A stretch of 64,000 bases of DNA from Clostridia bacterium (GCA_017399145.1 JAFQEG010000003.1:50553-114552); one strand, 5' to 3'; positions 1 through 10,985 are shown, counted from the stretch's first letter. Notes: a model not told the origin generated them from the letters alone. A program made the numbers and translations.

Positions 1-1489
1 CTACTTCCTTGTCGTTTGCTTCTATTTCCTTGGCAAAACGACTAAATAGATTGTCTATACTAGTATCATTTGCAAGTAGCTTTCCTTGACAAAGTCCAAG
101 ATAGTCACCCTCTTTTATGTCCATTCCGTCAAAATCGGAATTACGGGCTGCATAAGTAATTTGCATTGTAACAACTGACTCTGTAGCACCCTTCATTGCT
201 TCCTCGTTTTCGCTTGGTGCAAGGTCAAGGTCAAAGGCTAGCATAGCATTTATGCCCTGTGGAATTGTTTTTGTTGGTATTACAATTATATTCTTGTCGC
301 TTAATTCCTTAACCTGATTAGCAGACAAAATAATATTTTTGTTATTTGGAAGAATAATTATATTCTTTGCATCAATTTCCTTAACTGCGTTATGAATATC
401 ATCGGTTGACGGATTCATTGTCTGCCCACCAGATACGATTTTATCAACACCTAATTCGGTGAAAATTGTCTGCATTCCCTCACCGCTTGCAATAGCAACA
501 AAGCCGTAATCCTTTAGTGCAACCTCAGGGGCTTCAACAATTTTGCTTGTGTGCTGAGATTTCATATTCTCAACCTTTACGGTTTCGTAAATACCCCATT
601 TAAGTGCCTCGCCTAACACCTGATGAGGGTCGTTTGTGTGCACGTGTACCTTTACAATCTCGCCATCATCTAGCATGACTAGGCTATCACCCATTGTTGC
701 AAGATAGCTTTTTAAAGGGGACGTGTCCCTATTAGGGTCATTTTTTGTAATTATAAATTCAGTGCAAAAGGCAAAGGCAATATCCTCTGTTTCAAAGGCG
801 GTAAAGTCAGCCTTTTCCTTTTGTGTGTAGTCCTCTTGTATTTCGTATTCTAAATCCTCGCCATTGCTTAATGCATTTTCCATAGCCCTTAAAACTAATA
901 GCCAGCCCATACCACCTGCATCAACCACACCTGCCTTTTTTAGCACAGGGTTTTCGTCAATAGTATGAGATAGTGCATCCTCTGCTGAGGATATAGCACA
1001 GCCTAAAACGTATTCAAAGCTATTGTTTTCTTGTGAGGCTTCCATTGCCCTTTCAGCACATTTTCTCGCAACTGTAAGAATTGTACCCTCGGCAGGTGAT
1101 TCTATTGCCTTATAAGCAGATTCAACACCTGTTTTTAGTGCGTTTGCAAGAGTTATGCCATCGCAGGTTTCGCTATTTTTCAAGGCACTAGCAATACCAC
1201 GGAATAAAAGGCTTAATATAACACCAGAGTTTCCTCTTGCGCCTCTTAGCATAGCACGTGCTGTCCTTTCAGCAACAGAATTTATGCTTGTATCACTAGA
1301 ATTAGCAAGCTCCCTTGCCGCATTGCCAATAGTCATTGACATATTAGACCCTGTGTCACCGTCTGGCACTGGAAAAACGTTTAATTCGTTAATTTCCTCT
1401 TCCTTTACATGAAGAAGCTGTGCTGCGCTTATAACAAGCTTACGATATTCGCATCCATCTATTGCGTTATGTTGCTTTAAATCCACCAT
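1..1489 (-). CDS. DAK2 domain-containing protein (YloV family), C-terminal end cut by window edge
   Basis: Own minus-strand translation from ATG 1487-1489 (AAGGAG 5 nt upstream): MVDLKQHNAIDGCEYRKL...VFPVPDGDTGSNMSMT...RGARGNSGVILS. Open to base 1; missing from the ORF track only because no stop lies in the window. Adjacent to degV. Confidence 0.85.
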   Translation of the reverse strand, partial: MVDLKQHNAIDGCEYRKLVISAAQLLHVKEEEINELNVFPVPDGDTGSNMSMTIGNAARELANSSDTSINSVAERTARAMLRGARGNSGVILSLLFRGIASALKNSETCDGITLANALKTGVESAYKAIESPAEGTILTVARKCAERAMEASQENNSFEYVLGCAISSAEDALSHTIDENPVLKKAGVVDAGGMGWLLVLRAMENALSNGEDLEYEIQEDYTQKEKADFTAFETEDIAFAFCTEFIITKNDPNRDTSPLKSYLATMGDSLVMLDDGEIVKVHVHTNDPHQVLGEALKWGIYETVKVENMKSQHTSKIVEAPEVALKDYGFVAIASGEGMQTIFTELGVDKIVSGGQTMNPSTDDIHNAVKEIDAKNIIILPNNKNIILSANQVKELSDKNIIVIPTKTIPQGINAMLAFDLDLAPSENEEAMKGATESVVTMQITYAARNSDFDGMDIKEGDYLGLCQGKLLANDTSIDNLFSRFAKEIEANDKEV

Positions 1490-1499
1490 ATTTTCTCCT

Positions 1500-2387
1500 T
1501 TAATCAATACGTTCCTTGCCCATAAAGAATAGTGCAACTGTACCAGGTCCTGAGTGTGAACCGATTGTAGTGCCTATGTTATTCATTAAAACCTTGCCCT
1601 TTAGGTTAGGGAATTTTTCTTCAACTAATGCCTTTACTTGACTTGCACACTCATAAGCATCTGAATGGGAAATGTAGCATCTACCACTATAATTATTCCC
1701 GTCGTCTGCGTTTTCTTCCATTTTCTTAACAATTTGCTTAATAGCGTTTGCTTGACCTCTAATTTTCTCTCTTGGAATTAGCTTTCCATTTAGGTCAACG
1801 TTTAATAGTGGACAAATTTTTAAAACTGTGCCAAACCATCCCGCTACCTTAGAAACTCTACCACCCTTTACGTAAAAGGTTAAGTCCGTTGAGAAAAACC
1901 AGTGATGTACTCTTTTTCTGTTGTTAATTGCCCACTCATAAAGTGCGTCAATATCCATTCCGCTGTCACGTCTGTCTGCTAACTCGTCGGTTAGAAGTCC
2001 CATGCCAGAGGACGCACCTAAGGAATCAACAACTAAAATCCTTCTGTCAGGATACTCCTCTTTCAATTCCTCAACTGCAATTTTTGCAGAGGTCATAGCC
2101 CCAGATAGTCCTGAGGAAAGCATCAAGTGAAGAATGTCCTTACCCTCGTCTAAATAGGGTCTAAAGAACTCCTTTATATCGTCTACGTTAGGCTGAGAGG
2201 TTTTTGTATCTGCCCCATCCTTCATAAGCTGATAAAATTTGTCATAGCTAAGGGCTTTGCCCATATCGTCTTTATTTTCTTTTCCATCGATGAAGAATGA
2301 AAACCTTAAAAAGTCAATGCTTCTTGATTTCAAATGCTCAGGACTTACGTCACAGGTTGAGCATGTTGTAATTACATAATTTGCCAT
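1500..2387 (-). CDS. DegV family protein (fatty-acid binding)
   Basis: ORF 1500..2471. ATG at 2385-2387 (MANYVITTCSTCDV) preferred over the upstream GTG. DegV-like length and GSHSGPG motif near the C-terminus. Confidence 0.8.
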   Translation of the reverse strand: MANYVITTCSTCDVSPEHLKSRSIDFLRFSFFIDGKENKDDMGKALSYDKFYQLMKDGADTKTSQPNVDDIKEFFRPYLDEGKDILHLMLSSGLSGAMTSAKIAVEELKEEYPDRRILVVDSLGASSGMGLLTDELADRRDSGMDIDALYEWAINNRKRVHHWFFSTDLTFYVKGGRVSKVAGWFGTVLKICPLLNVDLNGKLIPREKIRGQANAIKQIVKKMEENADDGNNYSGRCYISHSDAYECASQVKALVEEKFPNLKGKVLMNNIGTTIGSHSGPGTVALFFMGKERID

Positions 2388-2558
2388 TTTGCCTTTACCT
2401 TTCTTTTTTAGGGTTGCGTTGGTGCTTTCACTAACACTAGCATCATAACAATTCTTTACCAAAAAGTCCACCTACTATTTAACTTTTCTTCTCTCTTAAA
2501 AAAAATAAGCGAGTAGAGTTAAAAAAAGGCACTCTACGAATCGTAGAATGCCTTGTAT

Positions 2559-3245
2559 TTATTGGTCTTGTCCCTGATTTTCGTCAACCTTATCCTTCTT
2601 TTTAGACTTGATTGATTTTATCCAGCTTGGGTTATCCTTTTTACTAATTGTAACAGTTATCTTTATTCCAAACACTAAAAAAACAATAATCTGAAGTGGT
2701 ATACCTATCAAGAAAACCATCCAAAGTCCGTTACCGTAGCCTAAAACCGAGGCAACTGCAAAGAATACGGTTGCAAGCAAGGACCAGCCTAAAACCGAGG
2801 TATATATCAATACACCCTTGCCCTTAAACCATACAGATGCAAGTACAATTGCTACAATTGCGCACACAGGCACGGCATAAATGAAGATTTGCCAATGATA
2901 TATGTTAATAAATGCAAGTAGCACGTAAATAAGAGTCGCAAGTGCAAATATGCCAACAAGTGCAGTTACTAAAATAATTCCTTTAATACGACTTTTCGGC
3001 TTTGTTTCTACCTTTTTGTCCTGTTCCTTATGCTCTGTCAAGATATAATCAACAGTAACACCAAAAAGCTCACTCATTTGAAGAAGCACGTACGCATCAG
3101 GCACCGCATCTCCTCTTTCCCATTTAGAGATTGCCTTGTCTGAATAGTTTAGCTTTTGACCTAGCTCAAACTGTGTTAAATGATTTATAGTGCGTAAATA
3201 GTATATATTTTGTGCAACAACCTGTTTAAAATCCTTTGTATCCAC
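2559..3245 (-). CDS. XRE-family helix-turn-helix protein with C-terminal multi-pass membrane domain
   Basis: N-terminus LTQFELGQKLNYSDKAISKWERGDAVPD is a typical HTH_3 motif. The C-terminal half is hydrophobic (about 4 predicted helices). GTG start with AAGGAGG upstream. Confidence 0.75.
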   Translation of the reverse strand: MDTKDFKQVVAQNIYYLRTINHLTQFELGQKLNYSDKAISKWERGDAVPDAYVLLQMSELFGVTVDYILTEHKEQDKKVETKPKSRIKGIILVTALVGIFALATLIYVLLAFINIYHWQIFIYAVPVCAIVAIVLASVWFKGKGVLIYTSVLGWSLLATVFFAVASVLGYGNGLWMVFLIGIPLQIIVFLVFGIKITVTISKKDNPSWIKSIKSKKKDKVDENQGQDQ

Positions 3246-3395
3246 AGATAAACAACCTCCTTTTTTATTTTCTTTATTTTAACATAATATAGTTGATTAG
3301 TCAAGGAAATTCAAGTAAATTTTGTGTGAAAATTAAATGCACTATGCTAATTTTCTCTCATTCTGTCGAGAAAAGCCACATAGTGCAATTTTTTG

Positions 3396-4532
3396 TTAAA
3401 AGCTTAAAATTTCAGTTAAGATATAGTTACTTACAAAAAAGCCCTTTGGTGTAAAGCTATACGCACCATTCTTGCAGGACACATACCCTTGGGCAACAAA
3501 CTCCTCAAGTCTAGGATATTCGCAAAGCAAATTTTTACCAAATAGCCCTTTAAATTCCTCACAGCTTACTCCATCGCTAAGACGCATTCGTAACATAACG
3601 TATTCGTCAATTTTGCTAAGGGAGTATCTGTTTTCTTCCTCAAATTGCTTCTTGGGTGCTATGCCATTTTGTATTGAATCTACATATTCCTGTACACTTG
3701 GATTGTAGCTATATCGCTTACCATTAAAAAATGAATGGGCGCTAGGTCCTAGGGCTACGTACTCGTTGCTTAGCCAATATTTCATATTATGACGTGACCG
3801 TCTTCCCTCTTTTGAAAAATTGCTAATCTCGTATTGAGAGTAACCATTCTTTTCAAGTGTGTCGACTAAATCAAGGTATGTTTCATATTCCTCATCCTCG
3901 TTTGGTAAGACTAGTATATCCTTAATTTTACCAAATTGAGTGTTTTCCTCAATCTTCAAGCAGTATGCAGAAATATGCTCAGGCTTGTAGCTTATCGCCT
4001 TTTTAAGAGTCCTTAAAAAGTCTTCCTTTGTTTGATTTGGCAAGCTATACATAAGGTCAAGGCTTATGTTATCAAAGCCATTTTTTCTTGCTAGATAGTA
4101 GCTAGCTTCAAAATCCTTCAAGCTATGTATTCTGCCTAGCATGAAAAGTAACTTGTCGTCTGTGCTTTGCAAGCCTATGCTTAGCCTATTTACACCGATT
4201 TTTTTATAGGAATGTAGCTTTTCCTCAGTTAGTGTACCAGGGTTGATTTCTATTGAAAATTCCGCACCCTGTGTTAGCTTTAGGTGCTTTTTTATTGCCA
4301 ATCCTAGCCTTTCAATAAGCAAAGGGTCAAGAATTGAGGGGGTACCACCACCGATATAAACAGTGTCGAATTCACAATCCTTGTAGCAATCTGCTTCCAT
4401 TTCGATATGAGTGCATAGTGCGTTTATATAGTCCTCCTTTGCCTTGTCGGTTGCAGAAAAGGAATAAAAATCACAATAATTACACTTTTGTTGACAAAAT
4501 GGAATGTGAATATATAAGCCGAGAGTCCTCAT
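3396..4532 (-). CDS. hemW: Radical SAM heme chaperone HemW (HemN-like, oxygen-independent coproporphyrinogen oxidase family)
   Basis: [17 protein letters not shown] radical-SAM CxxxCxxC motif, 378 aa, directly downstream of lepA with a 4-nt overlap, the usual lepA-hemW arrangement. Confidence 0.85.
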   Translation of the reverse strand: MRTLGLYIHIPFCQQKCNYCDFYSFSATDKAKEDYINALCTHIEMEADCYKDCEFDTVYIGGGTPSILDPLLIERLGLAIKKHLKLTQGAEFSIEINPGTLTEEKLHSYKKIGVNRLSIGLQSTDDKLLFMLGRIHSLKDFEASYYLARKNGFDNISLDLMYSLPNQTKEDFLRTLKKAISYKPEHISAYCLKIEENTQFGKIKDILVLPNEDEEYETYLDLVDTLEKNGYSQYEISNFSKEGRRSRHNMKYWLSNEYVALGPSAHSFFNGKRYSYNPSVQEYVDSIQNGIAPKKQFEEENRYSLSKIDEYVMLRMRLSDGVSCEEFKGLFGKNLLCEYPRLEEFVAQGYVSCKNGAYSFTPKGFFVSNYILTEILSF

Positions 4533-6373
4533 TTGTCGCTATCGTCAAGCTTAAGCACTGCCATAAATGCCTCAGGTGTAACCTCAACCGAGCCGAGACG
4601 ACGCATCTTCTTTTTACCCTCTTTTTGCTTTTCTAGAAGCTTTTTCTTTCTTGTAATATCACCACCGTAGCACTTAGCAAGCACGTCCTTACGAAGTGCC
4701 CTTACGGTTTCTCTTGCTATTACCTTAGAGCCAATTGCAGCTTGAATTGGGATTTCAAATAGCTGACGGGAAATATTGTCCTTTAGCTTCTCTGCTATTC
4801 TTCTAGCACGTGCGTACGCCTTTTCTGAATGTACGATAAAGGTAAGTGCGTCAACCACCTCGCCATTAAGCAAGAAGTCAAGCTTAACAAGATTGCTAGG
4901 CTCGTAGCCTGCAAGCTCATAATCAAGAGATGCATAGCCCTTACTTCTGCTCTTTAGTGCGTCAAAGAAGTCATAAACTATTTCGTTAAGTGGCATTGTA
5001 TAGTAAAGCTCAACTCTTTGAGAATCAAGATATTTCATATCCTTAAAAATACCACGTCTATCCTGACAAAGGTCCATAATTCCACCTACGTACTCGGTTG
5101 GTGTAATTATGCTTGACTTTACAGTTGGCTCGTATGCCGTTGCAATAGAGTCTGGGCTTGGATAGTTAGATGGGTTATCTACAAATACAGTTTCGCCATT
5201 TGTTTTTTCAATCTTGTAAATAACACTAGGTGCAGTTGTAATTAGGTCAAGATTAAACTCTCTTTCAAGTCTTTCTTGAATAATTTCCATATGCAAAAGT
5301 CCAAGGAAGCCACATCTAAAGCCAAAGCCAAGCGCAATTGATGTTTCTGGCTCGAAGGATAGTGCTGCATCATTAAGCTTTAGCTTGTCAAGTGCGTCAC
5401 GAAGGTCGTTGTACTTAGCGCCATCAGCTGGGTATATACCAGAAAACACCATAGGGAGTGCTTCCTTAAAGCCCTTAAGTGGCTCGTTTGTTGGGTTTTC
5501 ATCATGAGTTACGGTATCACCTACTCTTGTTTCGCTAACTGTCTTAATACTAGCTGTGATATAGCCAACCTCACCTGCAGAAATAGAGTCCGCTTTTTCA
5601 AGTCCAAATGCACTTAGGTGACCTACCTCGACAACGTCGTATTTTGCGCCAGTGCTCATAAGACGGATTTTGTCACCTGCCTTAAGGGTGCCGTCCATTA
5701 CTCTTACGTAAACAACAACACCTAAATATGCATTGTAATGTGAGTCAAATATCAAGCACTTAAGAGGTGCAGATTCATCGCCCTTAGGGCAAGGAATCTT
5801 TTCAACGATTGCATCAAGGACCTGGTCAATATTTAAGCCTACCTTAGCAGAAACTGCAGGGCAATCCTCGGCAACAATGCCGATTACGTCCTCAATTTCA
5901 TTTCTTGCCCTGTCAACGTCGGCTGAAGGTAAATCAATTTTGTTAATTACAGGCACTATCTCTAGGTCGCAATCAACTGCAAGATACGCATTAGCTAGAG
6001 TTTGCGCCTCAATGCCCTGTGTTGAGTCAACTACTAAAAGTGCGCCCTCACAAGCATTGAGTGAGCGAGAAACCTCATAGTTAAAGTCAACGTGGCCGGG
6101 GGTGTCGATAAGGTTTAAAACGTAATCCTGTCCGTCCTTGTGTTTATAGTTTATTCTTACAGCCCTTGCCTTGATTGTAATACCTCTTTCTCTTTCAAGG
6201 TCCATATTATCAAGGAGTTGCTCTTCCATTTCACGCTTGCTAACTGCGTTAGAATATTCAAGTATTCTGTCTGCAAGGGTTGACTTTCCGTGGTCAATAT
6301 GAGCAATTATGGAAAAATTTCTAATATATTTTTGCTTTTCGTTCACTTTTTTAAGTCCTTTCGAAAAATTCAT
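4529..6373 (-). CDS. lepA: Translation elongation factor 4 (LepA)
   Basis: [28 protein letters not shown] and NKID GTPase motifs, plus a LepA-type C-terminus. The start is uncertain (ATG 6373, GTG a few codons later, or track start 6406). Confidence 0.9.
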   Translation of the reverse strand: MNFSKGLKKVNEKQKYIRNFSIIAHIDHGKSTLADRILEYSNAVSKREMEEQLLDNMDLERERGITIKARAVRINYKHKDGQDYVLNLIDTPGHVDFNYEVSRSLNACEGALLVVDSTQGIEAQTLANAYLAVDCDLEIVPVINKIDLPSADVDRARNEIEDVIGIVAEDCPAVSAKVGLNIDQVLDAIVEKIPCPKGDESAPLKCLIFDSHYNAYLGVVVYVRVMDGTLKAGDKIRLMSTGAKYDVVEVGHLSAFGLEKADSISAGEVGYITASIKTVSETRVGDTVTHDENPTNEPLKGFKEALPMVFSGIYPADGAKYNDLRDALDKLKLNDAALSFEPETSIALGFGFRCGFLGLLHMEIIQERLEREFNLDLITTAPSVIYKIEKTNGETVFVDNPSNYPSPDSIATAYEPTVKSSIITPTEYVGGIMDLCQDRRGIFKDMKYLDSQRVELYYTMPLNEIVYDFFDALKSRSKGYASLDYELAGYEPSNLVKLDFLLNGEVVDALTFIVHSEKAYARARRIAEKLKDNISRQLFEIPIQAAIGSKVIARETVRALRKDVLAKCYGGDITRKKKLLEKQKEGKKKMRRLGSVEVTPEAFMAVLKLDDSDK

Positions 6374-6424
6374 AGATATTTTATCACAAATAATAATTAT
6401 ATACAAGTATTTTTTTCAAACAAA

Positions 6425-6452
6425 ATAAAAAAGGGTATTTCTACCCTTTTTA
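6425..6452 (-). terminator. Intrinsic terminator after the DUF975 gene
   Basis: Stem AAGGGTA/TACCCTT with loop TTTC, flanked by A- and T-runs, immediately after the stop at 6453-6455. Confidence 0.6.
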
Positions 6453-7094
6453 TTAATCCTTTGTTGACCTAACAGGTTGTTCATCAGGTGTAACGAACTC
6501 TGCAAAATCTCCATCTACAAGTGTTTTATAGAAGGTAGCCTCTGATGCTTGAATGTATGGTGTAATCCAAAAATATCCAATGCCAAAGGTTAACATACCA
6601 ACTATATGCCAGCCAATAAATGAGAAATAAAGCTTGAATAATCTCCACTTATTGCCCTTCATCAATCTTGCACTCTCGCCCATTGCCTCTGTAACAGAAT
6701 ACTCTGGGTGGTCTGCTCTTATGTAGAAGGTCATTGAAAGCATAAGCTGAATAATTATACCTGGGATTATAAAGAAAAAATAACCTAATGAAACGGCAAG
6801 GCTAATCAAAATGCTAGTACCAACAGAATTTATAAAATCCTTTTCAAAGCCACTGAAAAGTGTGCCTGCAACGTCTGTATGTTGTTTTCTTGCTAGTAAT
6901 AAAAAACAACTATAAAAGCCAAAGGTCAAGGGACCTGTCAACAATATACTAAGCATACCCATCGAAAAGCCTGCAACGGCACCATTAACTAAGCTAAACA
7001 ATACATACGCAAGTAATCCCTTCATCCACTCGGTTGCAAAAATGCTACCACCTAGGGATTCTCTTGCTAACGCTCTAATTTCTTTACTTTTCAT
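6453..7094 (-). CDS. DUF975-family integral membrane protein
   Basis: MKSKEIRALARESLGG N-terminus followed by several hydrophobic segments, typical of DUF975. ATG 7092-7094 is preceded by AAGGAGG. Confidence 0.7.
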   Translation of the reverse strand: MKSKEIRALARESLGGSIFATEWMKGLLAYVLFSLVNGAVAGFSMGMLSILLTGPLTFGFYSCFLLLARKQHTDVAGTLFSGFEKDFINSVGTSILISLAVSLGYFFFIIPGIIIQLMLSMTFYIRADHPEYSVTEAMGESARLMKGNKWRLFKLYFSFIGWHIVGMLTFGIGYFWITPYIQASEATFYKTLVDGDFAEFVTPDEQPVRSTKD

Positions 7095-7240
7095 AAAAGT
7101 CCTCCTTAACAAAAGTCAAAGCAAAGTAATTTTGCTCGTATATATTATATTATGTTTTTCGTCCTTTGTCAACAATTACAAGCATTTTTCTGTTGACTTT
7201 TAAATTGAATTGTTGTAGAATACTGAGGAGGTGATGCAAA

Positions 7241-7897
7241 ATGAAAATTACAGGTGCAATTTTTGATATGGACGGCACATTGCTTAACTCAATGGATTAT
7301 TGGGGCAAGGTTGCAACAGAGTTTTTGACAAAAAACGGCTATGATGCTACAAATGATGACAACAGACGCTTTTTAGAGCAAGGCATGCGTGAGTTTTACG
7401 CCTACGCAACCACTACCTTGGGTATGACAAAAAGCTACGATGAGGTCCACGACGAAATATACAATTTGATAAGAGAAAAGTATGAAACGGTGGTAAAGCC
7501 TAAGGACGGTGCTATTGAAATGCTTGATGCCCTACTTGAAAAGGGTGTTAAAATGTGTCTTGCAACTGCAACCGACAAAGAAACAGTTGAAATAGTTTTA
7601 AAGCGCCTCGGTATGGAAAAGTATTTTTCTAAGATATTCACAGTTAAAGAGGTAGGAATTGGCAAATCTCAGCCTAAGATTTATCAGCTTGCCCTTGAAT
7701 ATTTAGGCACTCCTAAAGATAGCACCTACGTTTTTGAGGATGCTTACTATGCTATTAACACAGCGCACTCAAATGGCTTTTTAGTAGTTGGCATTTATGA
7801 CAAAAACGTATTCGTGTCAAAGGAAGAAATCAAAAAGCTATGCGATTATTACATAGACGAAAATGACCGATACAATATTGATTTTTTACTAAAATAG
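7241..7897 (+). CDS. HAD-superfamily hydrolase (subfamily IA, beta-phosphoglucomutase-like)
   Basis: FDMDGTLLNS motif I, a later TA(T)xx and a ...EDA motif; GAGGAGG RBS. Confidence 0.75.
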   Translation: MKITGAIFDMDGTLLNSMDYWGKVATEFLTKNGYDATNDDNRRFLEQGMREFYAYATTTLGMTKSYDEVHDEIYNLIREKYETVVKPKDGAIEMLDALLEKGVKMCLATATDKETVEIVLKRLGMEKYFSKIFTVKEVGIGKSQPKIYQLALEYLGTPKDSTYVFEDAYYAINTAHSNGFLVVGIYDKNVFVSKEEIKKLCDYYIDENDRYNIDFLLK

Positions 7898-7900
7898 AGC

Positions 7901-7930
7901 AAAAATGCAGACACAGTGTCTGCATTTTTT
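7901..7930. terminator. Bidirectional intrinsic terminator between convergent genes
   Basis: AAAAATGCAGAC-acagt-GTCTGCATTTTTT; A-run and T-run on either side; lies between the stops at 7897 (+) and 7929 (-). Confidence 0.7.
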
Positions 7931-8642
7931 ATATTTCAATAATTTTGTAGGGGTTTTCCTTAGCCTCACACATAGCGCTAAGAGTAATATATGGTATCTC
8001 ATCAATTATACTGCTTTTACCACTATGATAATGTCCTTGAATTACCATTTTTACCTTGCCCGAAGCCTTGATAATTTTTCTTATCTCCGTTGCGTTTTTA
8101 ATAATGTGGTTTTCGTCGGTGTTGGGGTCAAGATTTTCGTGGACTAGCACTATTACAGGGCTTGTAGCCTTATATAATTGATTTTTAAGATATTCAACTT
8201 GAAATGGTGGTAAATTAGAGTCGGTCCACTCAACTCCTGCCTCGTCAAAGCATCTATAATCAAAGCGATAGTTTGCATCAAGAATTATAAAGCTTATCCC
8301 TTGATACTCTACTGTATAGGGTGGTGTCTTTAATCCTAATTCTCTTTCGATTTCTTCTCTTGTAAGCATAAGATAATCGTGATTGCCAGGCACGGAATAA
8401 AATGGTAAGTTATAGGACTTTATAAGTGAAAGCATTTTTTCAAAATAGCCCTTTATGTCCTCTTTTGTGTCCCCTTTTACGTGGTCCGTCATATCTCCTA
8501 AGCAAAAGCAAAGGTCAACATTTTCTTTCTTGAAAATCTCTAAGGCGTCCCTTGTCCTTTCGTATGCAAGTGAAGGATTTCTTATCCCGCCGATTGTTTC
8601 ACAGTTACAATAGTGTGTATCTGAAAAAAGCCCTATTTTCAT
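7929..8642 (-). CDS. Metallophosphoesterase (calcineurin-like)
   Basis: MKIGLFSDTH..., GDMTD and GNHD motifs. ATG 8640-8642 with GAGGAAAG RBS. Confidence 0.8.
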   Translation of the reverse strand: MKIGLFSDTHYCNCETIGGIRNPSLAYERTRDALEIFKKENVDLCFCLGDMTDHVKGDTKEDIKGYFEKMLSLIKSYNLPFYSVPGNHDYLMLTREEIERELGLKTPPYTVEYQGISFIILDANYRFDYRCFDEAGVEWTDSNLPPFQVEYLKNQLYKATSPVIVLVHENLDPNTDENHIIKNATEIRKIIKASGKVKMVIQGHYHSGKSSIIDEIPYITLSAMCEAKENPYKIIEI

Positions 8643-8779
8643 ATCTTTCCTCAATGATTTTTTTCTTTTATTCTAGCATACAAAAAAGTTTATGTCAATT
8701 AAGTTTTTTATATTGACAAAATATTTATGTTGTGCTAAACTATTACCATTATTTTAGCAGTTTTTCGGAGGAATTTATT

Positions 8780-9388
8780 ATGAGTAATTTAAACGTTGTT
8801 TGCTTGGACCTTGAGGGTGTTTTAGTGCCTGAAATTTGGATTGCCTTTGCCGAGGCTTCTGGTATTCCTGAATTAAAGCGCACCACAAGAGATGAGCCTG
8901 ATTATAACAAGCTAATGGCTTTTAGACTTAATATTTTAAAGGAGCATGGACTTGGTCTTAAGGAAATTCAAGAAACAATTGCAAAAATTGAGCCTATGAA
9001 GGGTGCTAAGGAATTTCTTGACGAGCTTCGCTCACTTACACAGGTTATTATCGTTAGTGATACCTTTACACAATTTGCAGCACCTCTTATGAAAAAGCTT
9101 GGTATGCCTACTATCTTCTGCAACACACTTGAGGTTGCTGAAAATGGCGAGATTACAGGCTTTAGAATGAGATGTGAAAAGTCAAAGCTTACAACGGTTA
9201 AGGCTTTGCAAGATGCCGGCTTTGATACAATTGCTGCAGGCGATAGCTACAACGACCTTGGTATGATTTTAAATAGCAAGGCAGGCTTCCTCTTTAAGAG
9301 TACAGACAAGATTAAGTCTGATTATCCTCAGCTAGAGGCTTTCGAGGAATACGACGAGCTTCTTAATGCAATAAAGAAAGCACTATAA
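8780..9388 (+). CDS. thrH: HAD-family phosphoserine phosphatase / homoserine phosphotransferase-like (ThrH type)
   Basis: VVCLDLEGVLVPEIWIAFAE...GDSYND pattern and about 200 aa length match the ThrH family. ATG at 8780 with GGAGG 8 nt upstream. Confidence 0.65.
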   Translation: MSNLNVVCLDLEGVLVPEIWIAFAEASGIPELKRTTRDEPDYNKLMAFRLNILKEHGLGLKEIQETIAKIEPMKGAKEFLDELRSLTQVIIVSDTFTQFAAPLMKKLGMPTIFCNTLEVAENGEITGFRMRCEKSKLTTVKALQDAGFDTIAAGDSYNDLGMILNSKAGFLFKSTDKIKSDYPQLEAFEEYDELLNAIKKAL

Positions 9389-9391
9389 TTT

Positions 9392-9422
9392 AAAACGAGC
9401 AGATTTTCATCTGCTCGTTTTT
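9392..9422. terminator. Bidirectional intrinsic terminator
   Basis: ACGAGCAGAT-tttc-ATCTGCTCGT flanked by AAAA/TTTT, between the stops at 9388 (+) and 9425 (-). Confidence 0.75.
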
Positions 9423-9424
9423 GC

Positions 9425-10696
9425 TTATTGAACTATGGTATTTATTGATTTTGGTGGGAGAGTGTATGATTTTTCACCAATTGTGATAATCTTTTCAAAG
9501 CTATATGGGTTAAATACAAAGGCCACAACTTGACCATTTGGATTTTTAAAAATTGCACAGCTTGATGCAAATTCACCCTTTGCCTCAACGTATTTCGCAC
9601 CACGCTTTACAAAGTGTGAAAAATGCTTCATTAGGTAAAACTCCGGTGTGTAGGTCTTTTTATTGTTATTGACTGTCACGAGGGAGTTTTGCACCCATCC
9701 CCAAGTGCTAGGTTGTTTTTCCACAAGTGCAAGATTCCAATATACGTAGGCAGTAGCACCAAAGTAGAAATAATTTTGCATCAATTCTGCTATGTACATC
9801 ATATGCGCCCAAGAGTTGTTGCCGTCGCCACATTCGGACTCAGATTGAATGATTTCAAGCTGTGGGTAGTCCTGCTTAGTTTGTGCAAGTGCGTACTTGC
9901 CTGCCCATTGATAGCCTACGGATTTTATGTATTTTCTTGCTTTCTCGTCTTGCATTGCATAGCCTAAATAGTCGCAGTATCTTGTATAAAGGGCTCTGTA
10001 GTCGGTTTCCGGTCCGTTGATTGTGCCAAACATTATATCAACGCCTGTGCCCTCAAGCATAGGACCAAGATAGCCACCGATAAAGTCGGCAAGCTGAGCA
10101 CCTGTCCACACACAGGAGGGGAAAACTTGATTGCTGCAAGGCTCGTTTTGAGGTGCTATTTGCACTAGTGGAACACCGTTTTTGCGATACTCCTCAACGT
10201 ATTTTTTGAAATATAGTGCATATGCCTGTAAATTTTCCTTTGTCCTGTTGAACACGCCATTACTATAGGCATTGTGAGTTTTTAACCAAGTAGGAGGGCA
10301 CCAAGGAGATGCAAACATTTGCATATCATCTTTTCTCTTTACACCCTCTTTAATTAATGGTAGTAAAAGCTTCTCATCTCTTTCAATAGAGAAATTCTTC
10401 ATTTCATAGTCGCCGTCTGTGTCGTTGTATGAATAGTAGCTTGTTGCAAAGTCGCTTGAGCCAATCGGAGTACGGCAGAAATTGAAATTACAATTCTCTT
10501 CCAAAAAGAGCTGGTCAAGCACTTCTCTTTTGTCCTCTTCTGTCAATTCATTAAGTGCAAGCGCACTAAGCTCACTAAAGCAACAACCAAAGCCACGTAT
10601 AGCTTGCTTTTCCTCACCAAGGGTGATTACTGTGCCCTTCTTATCCGTTTCCTTGCCCTGTTGCCAATAATTTTTCTCGGTAGTTGAAATAATCAT
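9425..10696 (-). CDS. Glycoside hydrolase family 30 (glucosylceramidase-like)
   Basis: GFGCCFSE, SPWCPPTWLK, QNEP (acid/base Glu) and QSESEC (nucleophile region) motifs in GH30 order. Confidence 0.8.
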   Translation of the reverse strand: MIISTTEKNYWQQGKETDKKGTVITLGEEKQAIRGFGCCFSELSALALNELTEEDKREVLDQLFLEENCNFNFCRTPIGSSDFATSYYSYNDTDGDYEMKNFSIERDEKLLLPLIKEGVKRKDDMQMFASPWCPPTWLKTHNAYSNGVFNRTKENLQAYALYFKKYVEEYRKNGVPLVQIAPQNEPCSNQVFPSCVWTGAQLADFIGGYLGPMLEGTGVDIMFGTINGPETDYRALYTRYCDYLGYAMQDEKARKYIKSVGYQWAGKYALAQTKQDYPQLEIIQSESECGDGNNSWAHMMYIAELMQNYFYFGATAYVYWNLALVEKQPSTWGWVQNSLVTVNNNKKTYTPEFYLMKHFSHFVKRGAKYVEAKGEFASSCAIFKNPNGQVVAFVFNPYSFEKIITIGEKSYTLPPKSINTIVQ

Positions 10697-10809
10697 TTGA
10701 AACCTCGTTAAAGCTTTAATATTTTCTTAATTATTTTACCATACTATGACTAAAATTTCAAGATAGAAAACACCTGTATAATTATTTTTTAAAAAAACTT
10801 AAAAACATC

Positions 10810-10838
10810 TTGATTTTTAAAAAAAGATATGATATAAT
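10810..10838 (+). promoter_or_regulatory. Sigma-A type promoter for tRNA-Ser
   Basis: TTGATT (10810-10815), 17-nt spacer, TATAAT (10833-10838), about 22 nt before the tRNA 5' end. Confidence 0.6.
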
Positions 10839-10860
10839 GCACAAGTACAATTGAATATTT

Positions 10861-10951
10861 GGAGAATTCGCCTAGTTGGTCGAGGGCGCACGATTGGAAA
10901 TCGTGTAACCGGTAACACGGTTCCAGAGTTCGAATCTCTGATTCTCCGCCA
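10861..10951 (+). tRNA. tRNA-Ser (anticodon GGA), CCA encoded
   Basis: Hand-folded cloverleaf: acceptor GGAGAAT/ATTCTCC, anticodon stem CACGA/TCGTG with loop TTGGAAA, long variable arm, T-arm CAGAG-TTCGAAT-CTCTG, discriminator G plus CCA. Confidence 0.9.
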
Positions 10952-10953
10952 AC

Positions 10954-10985
10954 AAAAAAGACAGGTCTTGTGCCTGCCTTTTTTG
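10954..10985 (+). terminator. Intrinsic terminator after tRNA-Ser
   Basis: AAAAAAGACAGG-tcttgtg-CCTGCCTTTTTT (6-bp stem with one mismatch, extended by A/T pairs, then a T-run). Confidence 0.55.

Noticed and set aside
3472-3708. Many 60-130 aa ORFs on the strand opposite well-supported genes. Examples: 3472..3708, 5877..6080, 17539..17853, 18039..18347, 31896..32273, 40062..40748, 43208..43606, 47808..48113, 49920..50318, 59931..60410 and 61352..61654.
   Set aside because: They are fully embedded antisense to genes with clear family motifs. They lack Shine-Dalgarno sites and have low-complexity, Ser/Leu/Phe-rich translations typical of shadow ORFs in AT-rich DNA.
7901-7930. Near-identical terminator hairpins at 7901-7930 (AAAATGCAGACACAGTGTCTGCATTTTTT) and 26485-26514 (AAAATGCGACACAGTGTCGCATTTTTT) as a possible repeat family.
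   Set aside because: Both are ordinary intrinsic terminators at gene ends. Similarity over about 25 nt of simple palindrome is plausibly convergent, and there are only two copies.
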